This document shows positions 11,271 to 22,678 of a stretch of DNA of 64,000 bases, piece after piece. Under the pieces are notes generated by a model that ran no database searches, had not been told where the DNA came from, and worked only from the letters and a program-made list of their open reading frames with translations. A program made the position numbers and the translations under genes. Each line of letters starts with the position of its first letter. Within the stretch, counting starts at the first letter, position 1. The stretch is from Gracilinanus agilis (Eukaryota): assembly GCF_016433145.1 (NCBI RefSeq), contig NC_058130.1:132533157-132597156 (forward strand), read 5' to 3'.

Positions 11271-13616
11271 TGATGATAACTCTGTAGCACCTGCTCTGCC
11301 TTAGCCGCCCCTTTACTTGGGGTGGCAGCATTCCAGATGTAGGCACCCTTCCAGAGCAACTGCTGTCCTCCTGTAATGTCTTTGGGGCAGATGGGTCCTC
11401 AGCTGTCCTGCTCTTTCTGCTGGGCTGCTCAATCCAGACTGAGCTGCTCTCTGTGCTGGTACAACTCTGCTAACCTGTTGTTACTCTCTGCTGCGCCTGC
11501 TGGTCTCAAGCTGTTGTGGTGTCTCTGCAGGTCCTCTACTCTCTGCTACTCCCTCTTGTTCTCTCTCTGAATTACAGTCGCTGGCTTGCCTCTTCCCCCA
11601 AAGAGAAGCTTCAAGGACTACTATAGGCTCAACCCAAGCATGCATCCAGCAAAAGCCAACAGAAACCCCTTGGGTTGACATTGTTTATCTTTTGAACACT
11701 CTTCTTGTCGCCTGGGCTTTCTCAGGACAAATTCTTTTCAGAATTCAAGTCTAAAATTCCTTTAAATAACTATCATACCCCTAGTGGAGTTCCGCTCCAT
11801 CCCAGGGACAACACTTAGCCAAACTGCAAAGGAGCTGTCTTGAGCTGATGTGAGGAGAAACCTTTCCATTCTCCCTAGTTGCCATTCAGATCACCTGGGG
11901 AACTGGATGAAAAGGGCTCCATGCAATTTTTCAAGCTGGTGATTTAGGCTCTGCTTCCATCCTCCCTCCCAAAGGAAGACCAAAAAATAAAAATAAAAAG
12001 GGAAAACAGTCCCTCCCTCAAAGAGTTTATATTCTATTGAAATTGTGCCCAGTTGAACAATTCCTTCACAACATCTGGAAAGAGAAGGTATGTTAGGTAG
12101 AGTAAGAGTAGAAATCGGAGCTTTTTGCAATAATAATAGTGCATTAAAACATTTATATAGTGTTTTAAGGTTTGCAAAGTGCTTTGTGTATGTTATCTCA
12201 TTTGATCCCACAATCACCCTGCAAGGTAGGTGCTCTTCTCATCCTCCTTTTGCAGATGAGAAAACTGAGATCAAGAGGGATCAAGCAATTTGTCAAGTCA
12301 CACAGCTAGTAAATATCTGAGACAGGATTTGAATTCAGGACTTTCTGGCTACAGGCCTAGCACTTGATGGACTATGCCATCCAGCTATAAAATAAAGACA
12401 TAAAAACTTCACATTTATGTGGCACAAAGCGCTTTTCTCACAACAACCTGATGATTTATTAAACCTGATAATGGTTTATTTCAATGGCTCTGTGATCTCA
12501 CTGACATGGATAATCCACCTATGCTCTCTCATCCTATTCGACTTTTGTCCATCCCTCACCCTCATCCCCACAACACACTCTCCACAGAAGGTCCACTCCA
12601 TTTGCAAAGACCTTTCTCAAACTCTCTTAATGTTGCATGGATAATGGTGCAGCAGGTAAACTAAACCTCACTCTCACTAGCTGACCAAATAGGTCACACA
12701 TATGATACTTTGATGATATCTTTTATGCCATTTTATTGGCACAATTCATCTTGGAATTAAGCTGTAGCCCCTTTAAGCGGCTAGGTGGCACTATTCATCA
12801 AGTGCTGAGCTTGTAGTTAAAAAGACCTGAGTACAAATCCTGGCCCAGATACTCCCTTAGCTATGTGACCCTGGGTAGGTTATTTTATCTCAATCTGAGC
12901 TTCCTCTTCTATAAAACAGGGATAATAGTAACACCTACTCTCACAGGATTGTCGTAAGGACCACATGAGATAGCATATGTGAAGCACTTTGTGTATGTTA
13001 AAGTGTTATATAAATATTTGTTATTAATATTATTTATTGACACCATATGGCTCTCTATTACCCTTTGAATCAACGTCAATTTTAATTCTTTGAAGACTAC
13101 GACATTCCAGATTCACAGCCATCGAGCATCACCAGAAGCAAACTGATATTAAATTCATGGGGTTTTTGTTTCTGGGAGAAATTCTGGATCTTTGCAAGGG
13201 ATGTGCCTTTCCCAAATGTCATCAAGCCTGATGCCTTTTTTCTATTTAGTTCAGGGGTCAATGCATCATCCATCTGCAGTGTCTGGTTAAGACCTATATG
13301 TACTGATGAACTAGCTCAATCAATTCTCTATCCAACTACATATCACAGACTAAGCAATAGACATTTTTTATCCATCTGAGTTTCCCTGTATGGGTTATTA
13401 GGCTGAACTCTTCTGAGCCATTTTGAATCTCATATAGAAGTCTCTTCAATGTTCCAGCATTGGTTGTTAAAATCAGCACATCGTCCACCAACATAACAAT
13501 ATCATCTATGGGAAAGCCTTCTTCCCAACGGATTCTATGTTTGACATTCCCCATCAAAGAAGCAAACGCCTTTGGTCAACATACATGTCCCTGTTTTAGT
13601 GCTTCACTTGATTTTT

Positions 13617-13805
13617 TAAAAAGAAGAAAAAACCTTTATCTTCTGTCTTAGAATTGATACTGAGTATATGTTCCAAAGCAGAACTGTAAGGGATAGGCAA
13701 CTTGACCAAGGTCACACAGCTAGGAAGTATCTGAGTTCACATTTGAACTCAGGTCCTTCCAACTCTAAGCCCAGCACTTTTCCCACTGTACTACCTAGCT
13801 GTCCC
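13617..13805 (-). mobile_element. CORE-SINE nested in RTE
   Basis: TSD acttgattttt at 13606-13616 and 13810-13820. Confidence 0.85.
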
Positions 13806-14134
13806 TCTTACTTGATTTTTAATTATCAGAAAATCCCTGAATAAATAAAAATTGTCTCTGTTGATGTTCCACCTACCAAGGAATCTTGTAGGATCTTAAC
13901 ATAGGCAGGAGAGATTCCTTGGGAGAGGAGAGCTGTGAATCAATTCTAGTGAATCAACTGATTTTTTTTTCTAGTCAACATAAAATAAGCCCAGTGGCAT
14001 CTTGTTTTCTCTGCACCTTTCTATTCATTGTGTGACAATAAAGATGTGGTGTGATGTACAATATGATTTCTAAATGCATGTCTATTCTCTTTTCATCAAA
14101 GATGCTCTCAATACCTATCTAAATTACTCCCATA

Positions 14135-14352
14135 GGGCAGCTGGGTAGCCCAGTGGATTGAGAGCCAGGCCTAGAGAAGGGAGGTCCTAGGTTCAAATCT
14201 GGCCTCAGACACTTCCCAGCTGTGTGACTCTTGTCAAGTCACTTAACCCCCATTGCCTACCCTTACCACTCTTCTGCCATGGAGCCGATACACAGTATTG
14301 ACTCCAAGATGGAAGATAAGGGTTTAATAAATAAATAAATAAACAATGAAGA
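14135..14352 (+). mobile_element. Young SINE1 nested in RTE
   Basis: Near-consensus sequence with an (AAAT)n tail. Perfect 14-bp TSD aaattactcccata at 14121-14134 and 14353-14366. Confidence 0.95.
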
Positions 14353-14534
14353 AAATTACTCCCATAAAGATTTTGAAGAGATGAGGAACTGGGCATAGGG
14401 GTCAGTAGTTATTGACTCCTTAATCACTTTTTTATAATAATAATAATAATAATATCATTTTAAAGTATCTACAATAGTAACATATGTAAAGTACCTTGCA
14501 AATTTTAAGGGCTAGAGAATGTCAGTTATTTCTG

Positions 14535-15030
14535 TCACCACAAAAAGCCCATATTTCAAATAAAACTCTCCTGGGGGTGCTCTGTGGCTTGAAGTCAGGG
14601 AATATCATCAATGGTCTCTGAGGAGTTAAAGTAGAAGGTCATCTAAATGGCAAAGGGGAACAGTCTCATGATGGGCATGAGTAAGCTGCAAGCTTAAATG
14701 CCCACAAAGAATTTTGCAAAAGAAGCAGATTAAAGGGATGTCATTGAGAAGTTGTGTGACTCAAAAAGAAGGAAAGCTGGTCATGAGAGGAGAGCAAGGG
14801 ATGATCAATGCACAGCCAACACACTCCATTTGGTGTGCACACCGTGTCAAGAGAGCTAAAGGGCATCCAGCATGTTGGAACAAGCCCTTTGGCCAAGATT
14901 TACGGGAAGACATAAATAAGGCTCACAAAGGATGAGAGGGATCAGAGGGCTTGTGATCTATACCACTGAATGGTTCTATATTATCTATACCACATTAGTG
15001 AGATCACAGATACATTAAAATATCATAATT
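14535..15030 (+). mobile_element. RTE-clade LINE 3' part (end of ORF and tail)
   Basis: KAHIF, MMGMSKLQ, DVIEKLCDSKRRKAGH, then VKRAKGHPACW; tail gcttgtgatctataccactg..gtgagatcacagatac. Confidence 0.8.
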
Positions 15031-16248
15031 TTATTAACAAACTTAATTAACAGATAGGTACCAGTATCTGTCTTATTCTTTAAAAGATAAAAGGAAAGAG
15101 ATAGTCCATTATTTCAAAACCATTAGAACCCTATTATGTGTTATCACTATCACTACCATGGAACAGTTCTAGACTATTTTATACTATCTACCATAAAGTG
15201 AGATCACAGATATATCAGAATATCACAGTACTACCATCTACCACCTGAACTGGCATCTTCACTCTCATACATCTTTAGAATCCTTCAACATCCTAAGAAT
15301 TGTGTTTCTCCCAGGATAGATCTCCCCTGTGTACATTTGGTCTGATCCATTGTTTTTCCATATGCTTGGGTTCTTGTTTAGTGTCATCTGATGTCCAAGA
15401 ATGATGGTTTCATTGCCACTGGTGAATAAAATAGCTTGTTACAGAAATGTTGACAGATATTTCCCATTTTTTGTACCTTAGAATGTATATCGCTTGAGAG
15501 CAGGGACTATTTTATTTTTGTCTTTGTATCTCTAGTGCTTAGAACAGAATTTCCCACATAACAGTCACTAACTGAATGTTGATTAACTTGATTCCTTCCA
15601 GTTTCATCCTTAAAAATTCTTGAAATGACCCTTGTTAAACATTTTGCAAATTAATTCTTTCTTCTACCACTGCTTCTGGTTTTATGAGATTTTTTTTTTC
15701 ACCATTTTCCTCTGTAGGATGAAGTGGCTTCAATAATAATTGAACCCATTTTACAGATGGGGAAACTTGGGCTCATGGAGATTAAGTAACCTGCCCATCA
15801 TTGTACAGCTAGAAGGTTTCACGGCCTAGATTTAAAATTAGTTCTCTTGACTCTGCCTTACATTCTTTCATTCTGTGATTCTTATGAATCACTTCATGGC
15901 ATCACTCTCTAACCTCCATCATTGGGTTTTTGTGAAGATCACTTGAGTTAATGAATCATAATACTTTCCTTTCCCCATCCATATTTGAGTTTTGTGACCT
16001 TTCACTCTACATTTCTCTACAACTGTCTCATTTTCTCCGGTCAAAGGACCGCCACCCTAATTCAGACCTATGTCTATCCCAACCTTTTGAAAAAATCTTC
16101 ATTTGACCCTACTATCACCTCAAGTATTAACCAATATCTCTTCTCCCTTTCACAGCCAAACTTTGTGAAAAAACTCAACAATGGTTGCCTTTACTTTTTT
16201 AACTCTTACTCATTCTCAACCCCTTGCAATCTGAGTTTTGATTCAAAT

Positions 16249-16377
16249 NNNNNNNNNNNNNNNNNNNNNNNNNNNNNNNNNNNNNNNNNNNNNNNNNNNN
16301 NNNNNNNNNNNNNNNNNNNNNNNNNNNNNNNNNNNNNNNNNNNNNNNNNNNNNNNNNNNNNNNNNNNNNNNNNNNNN
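16249..16377. other. Assembly gap (129 N)
   Basis: Run of N. Confidence 1.
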
Positions 16378-16817
16378 CCTTTTTCTTAGTCCTTAATCTT
16401 CTTGACCTCTCAAAGAGGTCTAAGAAAAAGGTGAGAGAGATAGAGACACAGACAACATCACTCCTGCGTACTCTTCCCTCCCTGTGATTTCATGACACTG
16501 CTCTGTCATGGTTCTTTTCCTATTTATCAGATCAATTCTTTCCTGGTCTTTGTTACAAGCTTAATATACATAGCCTATATGCTATTCATGGGCATACCTG
16601 GTGGCTTTATCCTAGGCTCTTTTCTGTTCTTTCTCCGCCCTCTCTCTCGCAGTGATCTCATCAGTTCCCATGCATCTATATATCTAGATGACTCCTAAAC
16701 TAATATATCCAGTCTCTCCTAAGCTCCAGTCCCACATGCCCCAACTACTTGCTCAATATTTCCACATAAATGTTCCATTAGCCTTTCAAATTCATTATAT
16801 TTAAAACAAAACTCACA

Positions 16818-17000
16818 CGGCAGCTAGGTGGCTCAGTGGATAGAGAGTCAGGCTTGGAGTCAGAAGGACCTGGGTTCAAATGTGGCCTCAGACAACTTCC
16901 TAGCTATTCGAGGCCTCCCCCCCATTTGTCTAGTCCTTGACCTTCTGCCTTAGATTTGTTACTGAGGCAGAAAGTAAGAGTTGTTTGTTTGTTTGTTTGT
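16818..17000 (+). mobile_element. CORE-SINE nested in L2
   Basis: ggcagctaggtggctcagtggatagagag head; (TTTG)n tail. Confidence 0.82.
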
Positions 17001-17609
17001 TTAAGAAAGAACTCATTTCCTTACCCTTTAAACCTGCCTCTACTCAACTCCCTATTTCTGTCATTGGATACTACCATTCTTCTAATTACACAACCTAAAA
17101 GTCCTCCTCTTGACTCTTTCTCATTTCCTATATCCAGTCAGTTGCCATGCCTTGTTAATTCCTCCTCCTCAATATCTCACATCCATCCTTTTTGTCCTAT
17201 TTATACTATACACACCTTAGCCCAGGTGCTCCTGCCTCCTCCCATGGACTATTGCAAGGGTTTGCTGAATGGTCTTCCTGTATCCAGTTTCTCTTCTTTG
17301 CAATGTATCCAGATTGATATTTCTAAAGCCCAGGCTGACCATGCCACTCTTCCCTCAAGAAGATTCAATGAATACCCAAGTGCCTTCAGAATAAAATTCA
17401 GACTCCTCCGGTTGGCATTCACAGCCCTTCACAATCTGGCTCCAGCCTATCTTTCCAATTTCTTCTCAGCACAGATGCTAAATTAATCTTCCTAAAGCAA
17501 AGGTCCGACCATGTCACTCTTTTTCAAAAACCTTTTGCTTGCAGGATAAAATACAAACTTCAAGTTCTAGTATTAAGATACTTCACAATCTGACTATAGC
17601 CTACATTTC

Positions 17610-17820
17610 TTTCTTTTTTTTTTTTTAAACTCTTACCTTCTGTTTTAGAATCAATATTAGGTATGGGTTCCAAGGCAGAGGAGCAATAAGGGCTAGGCAA
17701 TTTGAGTTAAGTGACTTGCCCAGGGTCACACAGGTAAGAAGTGTCTGAGGCCAAAATTAAACCCAGGGTCTCCTATCTCCAGGCCTGGCTCTCTATCCAC
17801 TGAGCCATCTAGATGCCCTA
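17610..17820 (-). mobile_element. SINE1
   Basis: Poly-T, aaactcttaccttctgttttagaatcaata tail and head gagccatctagatgccc. Confidence 0.85.
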
Positions 17821-18444
17821 GTTTCTAGCCTGATTCCCTATCAATCCCCTTCCTGTGCTCTGCATTCTAGTCAAAGGAAGATGTTAGCAGTTTGAAACAT
17901 TTTATCTTCCATAACAATAGCTAGTATTTATATAGTGCTTTAAAATTCAGTGTTACCAATTGTATCATGTTGGAGCTTTGTAACAATCCTATGAAACAGG
18001 AGCTATTATTGCCCTTTTCCTTTTTATGAATGAGAAATTTCCAGGTGGAATTCAGAGAGTTTCAGTGATATGTCCCAGGTCAAAAAACAGTTAAAGTCTG
18101 AGGCAGAATTCAAATTCAGGTTCTACCCTAACTCCAAATCCAGTGTCCCCTTTACTACAGCCTAGCAGCCTCCTCCTATGTCCATACATTCAGATGACTT
18201 GCCTTCCATTCCTGGAATCTATTCTCTCCTCAGCTTTACTTTTAATAATCTTTATCTCTCAAATCAGATGTTCATCCACGAAGCTTTCCCTGATTTCTAC
18301 CTCCTCTCCAAATACTCTCCTGGTTTTGTTTTTGTATTCCAACATGCCTTACACAATGTGACATTTAATAAGTAATTGTTGAATAAATGAAACACAATAT
18401 AAATGTCATATAGGTACATATTTGTGTATATGTATATATGTGTG

Positions 18445-18447
<3 letters not shown>

Positions 18448-18498
<51 letters not shown>

Positions 18499-18574
18499 GA
18501 GAGAGGAAAGGGGAGGAAGGAGGGAAGGAGAGGGAGGGAGACAGAAACAGAGAGAGAAAAAGACAGGGAGGGAG
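18448..18574. repeat. (GA)n microsatellite and purine-rich tract running into a gap
   Basis: (GA) run at 18448-18494, then GGAA/GGGA repeats. Confidence 0.98.
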
Positions 18575-18752
18575 NNNNNNNNNNNNNNNNNNNNNNNNNN
18601 NNNNNNNNNNNNNNNNNNNNNNNNNNNNNNNNNNNNNNNNNNNNNNNNNNNNNNNNNNNNNNNNNNNNNNNNNNNNNNNNNNNNNNNNNNNNNNNNNNNN
18701 NNNNNNNNNNNNNNNNNNNNNNNNNNNNNNNNNNNNNNNNNNNNNNNNNNNN
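18575..18752. other. Assembly gap (178 N)
   Basis: Run of N. Confidence 1.
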
Positions 18753-19638
18753 ATGTTTAACCTACTGAAAGGAAGGAACCAAGTGTTTTCAAGCATTTTT
18801 TAAGCCTTGTCCCATAGAAACAGTGAATCTACCAATTACAAATCATGCTTATCTGTTCATTAGGCCTGGCACCTTAGAGAATTCTACTGGACAACACTTT
18901 GTTAGCCTAGTTCCAGTTACTATAAGTACTTGAAAGGCATGAAACTGCATTTCTTAGAAAATATTACAGAAAGGGTTAGAATTCTCCCATTTGGACCACC
19001 TCTCTCCAATTTGTCCTAATAAGTAACCAGCTAACTTGGGCAGCACAGCCCAGAGTATTTTCCTGAGAGGGTCTAGCATCAGTTCTGAGATGAACAAAGA
19101 AATGGGCTCCTCCTTTTCTCTGGAGTGTCGGGTGCCCCCTCCCCCAGTGCAGCAGCTGGCTGGATTCCCTAAGATGGCCGCCACAGCTGCTCCCTGAGCT
19201 TGAGAGGGAGAATGGGAAAGTGAGTAAGCAATTGAGCCAGCCAGGGGAAAGAGGGCCTTGCTAATGGAAATGGCCACTGGGGTCTTCAACAGAGAATTCC
19301 CCAGTGGGGCTAAGGAAGGTCAAGGCTTAAGAGGTACCTGCAGGTCACCTTTCCTCAGGGTCTTCCAGAAAAGAAGGAAGACTGGCCTTCATGATTGGAG
19401 CACTCCAGAGACTCTGCCTAAAAAGAGAATTTTGAAAAGGATTTATAGTTTATCATTGTCCAACAATAACTATCAGCTCCCTATAAGGACCAGTGGTGGT
19501 GGCTTCCTAACCAAAGAGCTAACCCACCCCAAGCACGTGCCCACAAATGGTTATTTATTGTCATTCAGTCATTTCAGGCATGTCTGACTCCTCTTGACCC
19601 TGTTAGTAGTTTTCTTGGAAAAAAAAATACCAGAATCA

Positions 19639-19830
19639 GGGGCAGCTAGGTAGTATAGTGGATAGAGCACCAGGCCTGGAGTCTAGAAGACTTGGGTTCA
19701 AATTTGGCCTCAGACACATCCTAGTTGTATGGCCCTGGGCAAGTCACTTAACTCCAATTGCCTAGCCCTTGCCATTTTTCTGTCTTAGAACTGTAATTAA
19801 GCAGAAGGTAAGAGTTTTTAAACAACAATA
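19639..19830 (+). mobile_element. Marsupial CORE-SINE
   Basis: ggggcagctaggtagtatagtggatagagc head; gcagaaggtaagagttttta tail. Confidence 0.85.
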
Positions 19831-22623
19831 ACAACCCTGTATGACAAAGTACCACAGGATTATTACTCCATTTTTCAAATAAAGAAACTGAGGTTCAGAA
19901 AGATTAAGTCACAAAGCCAGGAAAAATCAGAGGTAACTCCAAGTTCAGTACTGTTTTCCACTACACCCTTGACTTCTCACATATAACAGCACATATGCCC
20001 CATCCTAATCATTTCTCACCCTGAATGAAGCATCTCCAGACTAATCTACCCAGCATTTAAAAAATAAAGGCGAATAAAAGACGCTCTATGTTGAGTCATC
20101 TCCCCATAGAGAAAGATGCCATAATGCCCCTCCTTTTAAGGATAAAGATATCACCATCCATTGAGGTCAGGTGTCTTGCCCAAAGTCACACAATGAATTA
20201 GTGGATGAATCACAGAATTTAAGCATGGTACTCCCAGTCTTTCATTTGCCAATTGTTACCACTTTCTAGGGTCCCACCTAAACTTCCCTAAGATAAGGGA
20301 ACAGAGTATGAGGATTAGAGCACTATTCCTGAGGAGGTGCCCCCATTAAGCGTGTGATATATATGTCTGTGTCTCCTTTGCCAGGGATTGGCAACTTTCT
20401 CCAAGTGGCATGCCAAGTCTTCATTCACTCGCTGGCTTGGAGAGGAAGAGGAAGTTGGCAGCTCTCTGTGCAAATGTGCACACAGAGGGAACCCACCAAA
20501 TGGATTAGGCCAAGTCGATCCCCAGGAGTGGGTTGAGTGTGAACCTGAGAACACTCCCTAAAACATTAGCTTCTCAGCAGTGGGGAATAAGGGTGCAAAT
20601 GGATTCTTCAACTCATGGAAGGAAAGGAGAGGGTAAGCTGGTAGATTACTCCATTCCCATTCCCATATACCTGCCTCCCTTCACATCCTCAGTCACTTTG
20701 CCATGAGCTAATAGTCTGCATGCCATCTTTGGCCCAAATGCCACGGCTGCAATCTTCCTGTGGGTATATATGCCTAAAGTCTTTGTCCTAGGATTGGTGA
20801 AATGTATGAAAAGAAGCAGTTGCTAGACTGTAGACTCCCTGAAGGCAAGGATTAAGTCATTTTCTACCTCTGTACTAAGCTAGTACAGTGCTGTGTGTGT
20901 GTACTTATATTTTATCGTTCAGGGCTTCTATAGAGCCAGGATCGCATCATTATGGATATTCCTTCCAATGGCACAAGCTAGCAGTCATCCACAATTTCTC
21001 ATCTTGTCACATGTGCTTTTGTATGTATTGAACAATTAACACTAATTTATTAATCACTTACTATGTGCCAGTCACTGTGTTAGATGTTAAAGATACCAAG
21101 AAGCAGAGTGAAACAGCCCCTGCCCTCAAGGAGCTTATATCCTGTTAGTGGAGACAACAGGCACATAGAAATAGGCACATTTATTCGCACCAAATAGAAT
21201 AGAATGTGCATATTTAGCTCGAGGGAACACTAAGAAGTCAGAAGTCCTAGATTCAAGTTCCATCTGTACAAGTCAATTCTCTGGTCTGACTCAGTTTCCT
21301 CCTTGCAAAATGAGGATAAAATTCAGTGTTCTGCCTACCTCACATAGTTATTGTGAGACTCTAATGAGAGAATGTATATTAAGCATTTTGTATCCCCAAT
21401 AGACTCTTTAAATTGTGAGCTATCGTTATCATTCTTATTTGTATTATTAAGAGATAAAAGGCAAAGTGAGAGCAAGGCAGAGAACAGGAATAAGTTATGA
21501 TAGGAAAGTGAGGTGAGTGATCCTGGGAAAGGCTGGGGATTAAAGAGGGTGATGGGTAGGATTGGAGAGTCAGGGACAGGGTTGCCTAATCTGGGTGGAG
21601 ATCAGGCTTGGAGAGTGACTTCTGTCCCTAATGATGGGGCAACTTTCTAGCCAACTTTCTGTTTGACCTGGAGTTAGGAACAAGAGGAGCATGAAAGAGA
21701 AGGTAATCATCTTGAGGATCCAGAGAGCCTGGAAGACTGGCACTGGACAGAAGTCTCCAGCCCTAAGAAATCACTAAAAGAAAGACTTGTCACTTAATCT
21801 GAAAAAAGCTAGACTCTGTGTGGATGTAGACCTGCATTTACCAACAACTACAGTATCTGTAACCTCCTAGCTGCATTAAAGTTACTAGTTGTATGACTCT
21901 GGGCAAAGATGCCTGCCTCAGTTTCCTCAACTGTAAAATGCAAATAATAATAGCATCACATTCCTGGGCTATTGGAAAACCCAAATGAGATATTTGTAAG
22001 TAATTAGTTCAGTGCCTAGAAGATTAGTAGGCACTTAACAAACAGTTGTTTCCTTGCTTCCTGCCTTCCTCCCTTCCTTCCATCCTTCTGCTTATTCAAA
22101 ACCATCAATTTAAAAGCCATGTTGCTGACAATACCTTGCTTTTGAGGAGAACATAAGAGAAATAAGGAAAAATATAATTTCTCTCAATTTTGGCCCCTGA
22201 AATGGAGATCTTCAGACTTTGAGAGTGGGGAGACAGGGAAAGAATAAAAATAAAATAGAAAATAGAGAGCCTGGAGTTCTGCCATTCACTCCCTCTTCCC
22301 CCCACCCCCATTGTGTGATGCAGACCAATAATCTCTGTGCCCTGGATGATCCTTCTATAAAATGGGGAGAATACCAGTCAGCTGGAATTGTTAGGGCAAG
22401 AAAAACATTAGACTCAGAAAGCATGGTGGGTCTTTGAGCCAAAGGAGTCTATGCCATGATAGCTCTTTAGCTCACCTCTATACCTCTAGCCTTCAAGAGA
22501 AATGGGAGGAAAACTCCAAATAAGACTAACTCCTCCAGAGAAAGAATTGGCTTATACTCAAAAGGACTGCATATTTGTAGTATAACCCCAACCCAAGATC
22601 AGCTAAATCCCTTCTCCCTACCC

Positions 22624-22624
<1 letters not shown>

Positions 22625-22676
<52 letters not shown>
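22625..22676. repeat. (AC)26 microsatellite
   Basis: Perfect dinucleotide run. Confidence 0.99.

Positions 22677-22678
<2 letters not shown>

Larger units (their letters stand above)
13035..14430 (-). mobile_element. RTE-clade LINE reverse-transcriptase region, degraded, interrupted by two SINEs
   Basis: Minus-strand translation recovers NNY*PLCPVPHLFKIFMGVI (RT start), YVKILQDSL, KQG, MLVDDVLILTTNAGTLKRLLYEI..SEEFSLITHTGK (YADD-box region; ORF 13336-13557) and a GCES(W)N-like motif near 13104-13123. Confidence 0.88.
15970..17600 (+). mobile_element. L2 LINE ORF2 (RT and C-terminus) fragment with an internal gap and a SINE
   Basis: SFDP..YLFSLSQPNFVKK (L2 RT start), LLDLS, DLISSH..YLDDS (YADD box) and DYCKGLLNGLPVSSFSSLQ (ORF 16956-17486). 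Confidence 0.85.

Noticed and set aside
16956-17486. 176-aa ORF as a host gene
   Set aside because: It is a chance-open stretch of SINE tail plus L2 ORF2 (DYCKGLLNGLP), not evidence of domestication. Neighbouring L2 frames are broken.
18143-18796. ORFs with ER/RE/SL repeats
   Set aside because: They are translations of the (GA)n microsatellite plus an N-gap.
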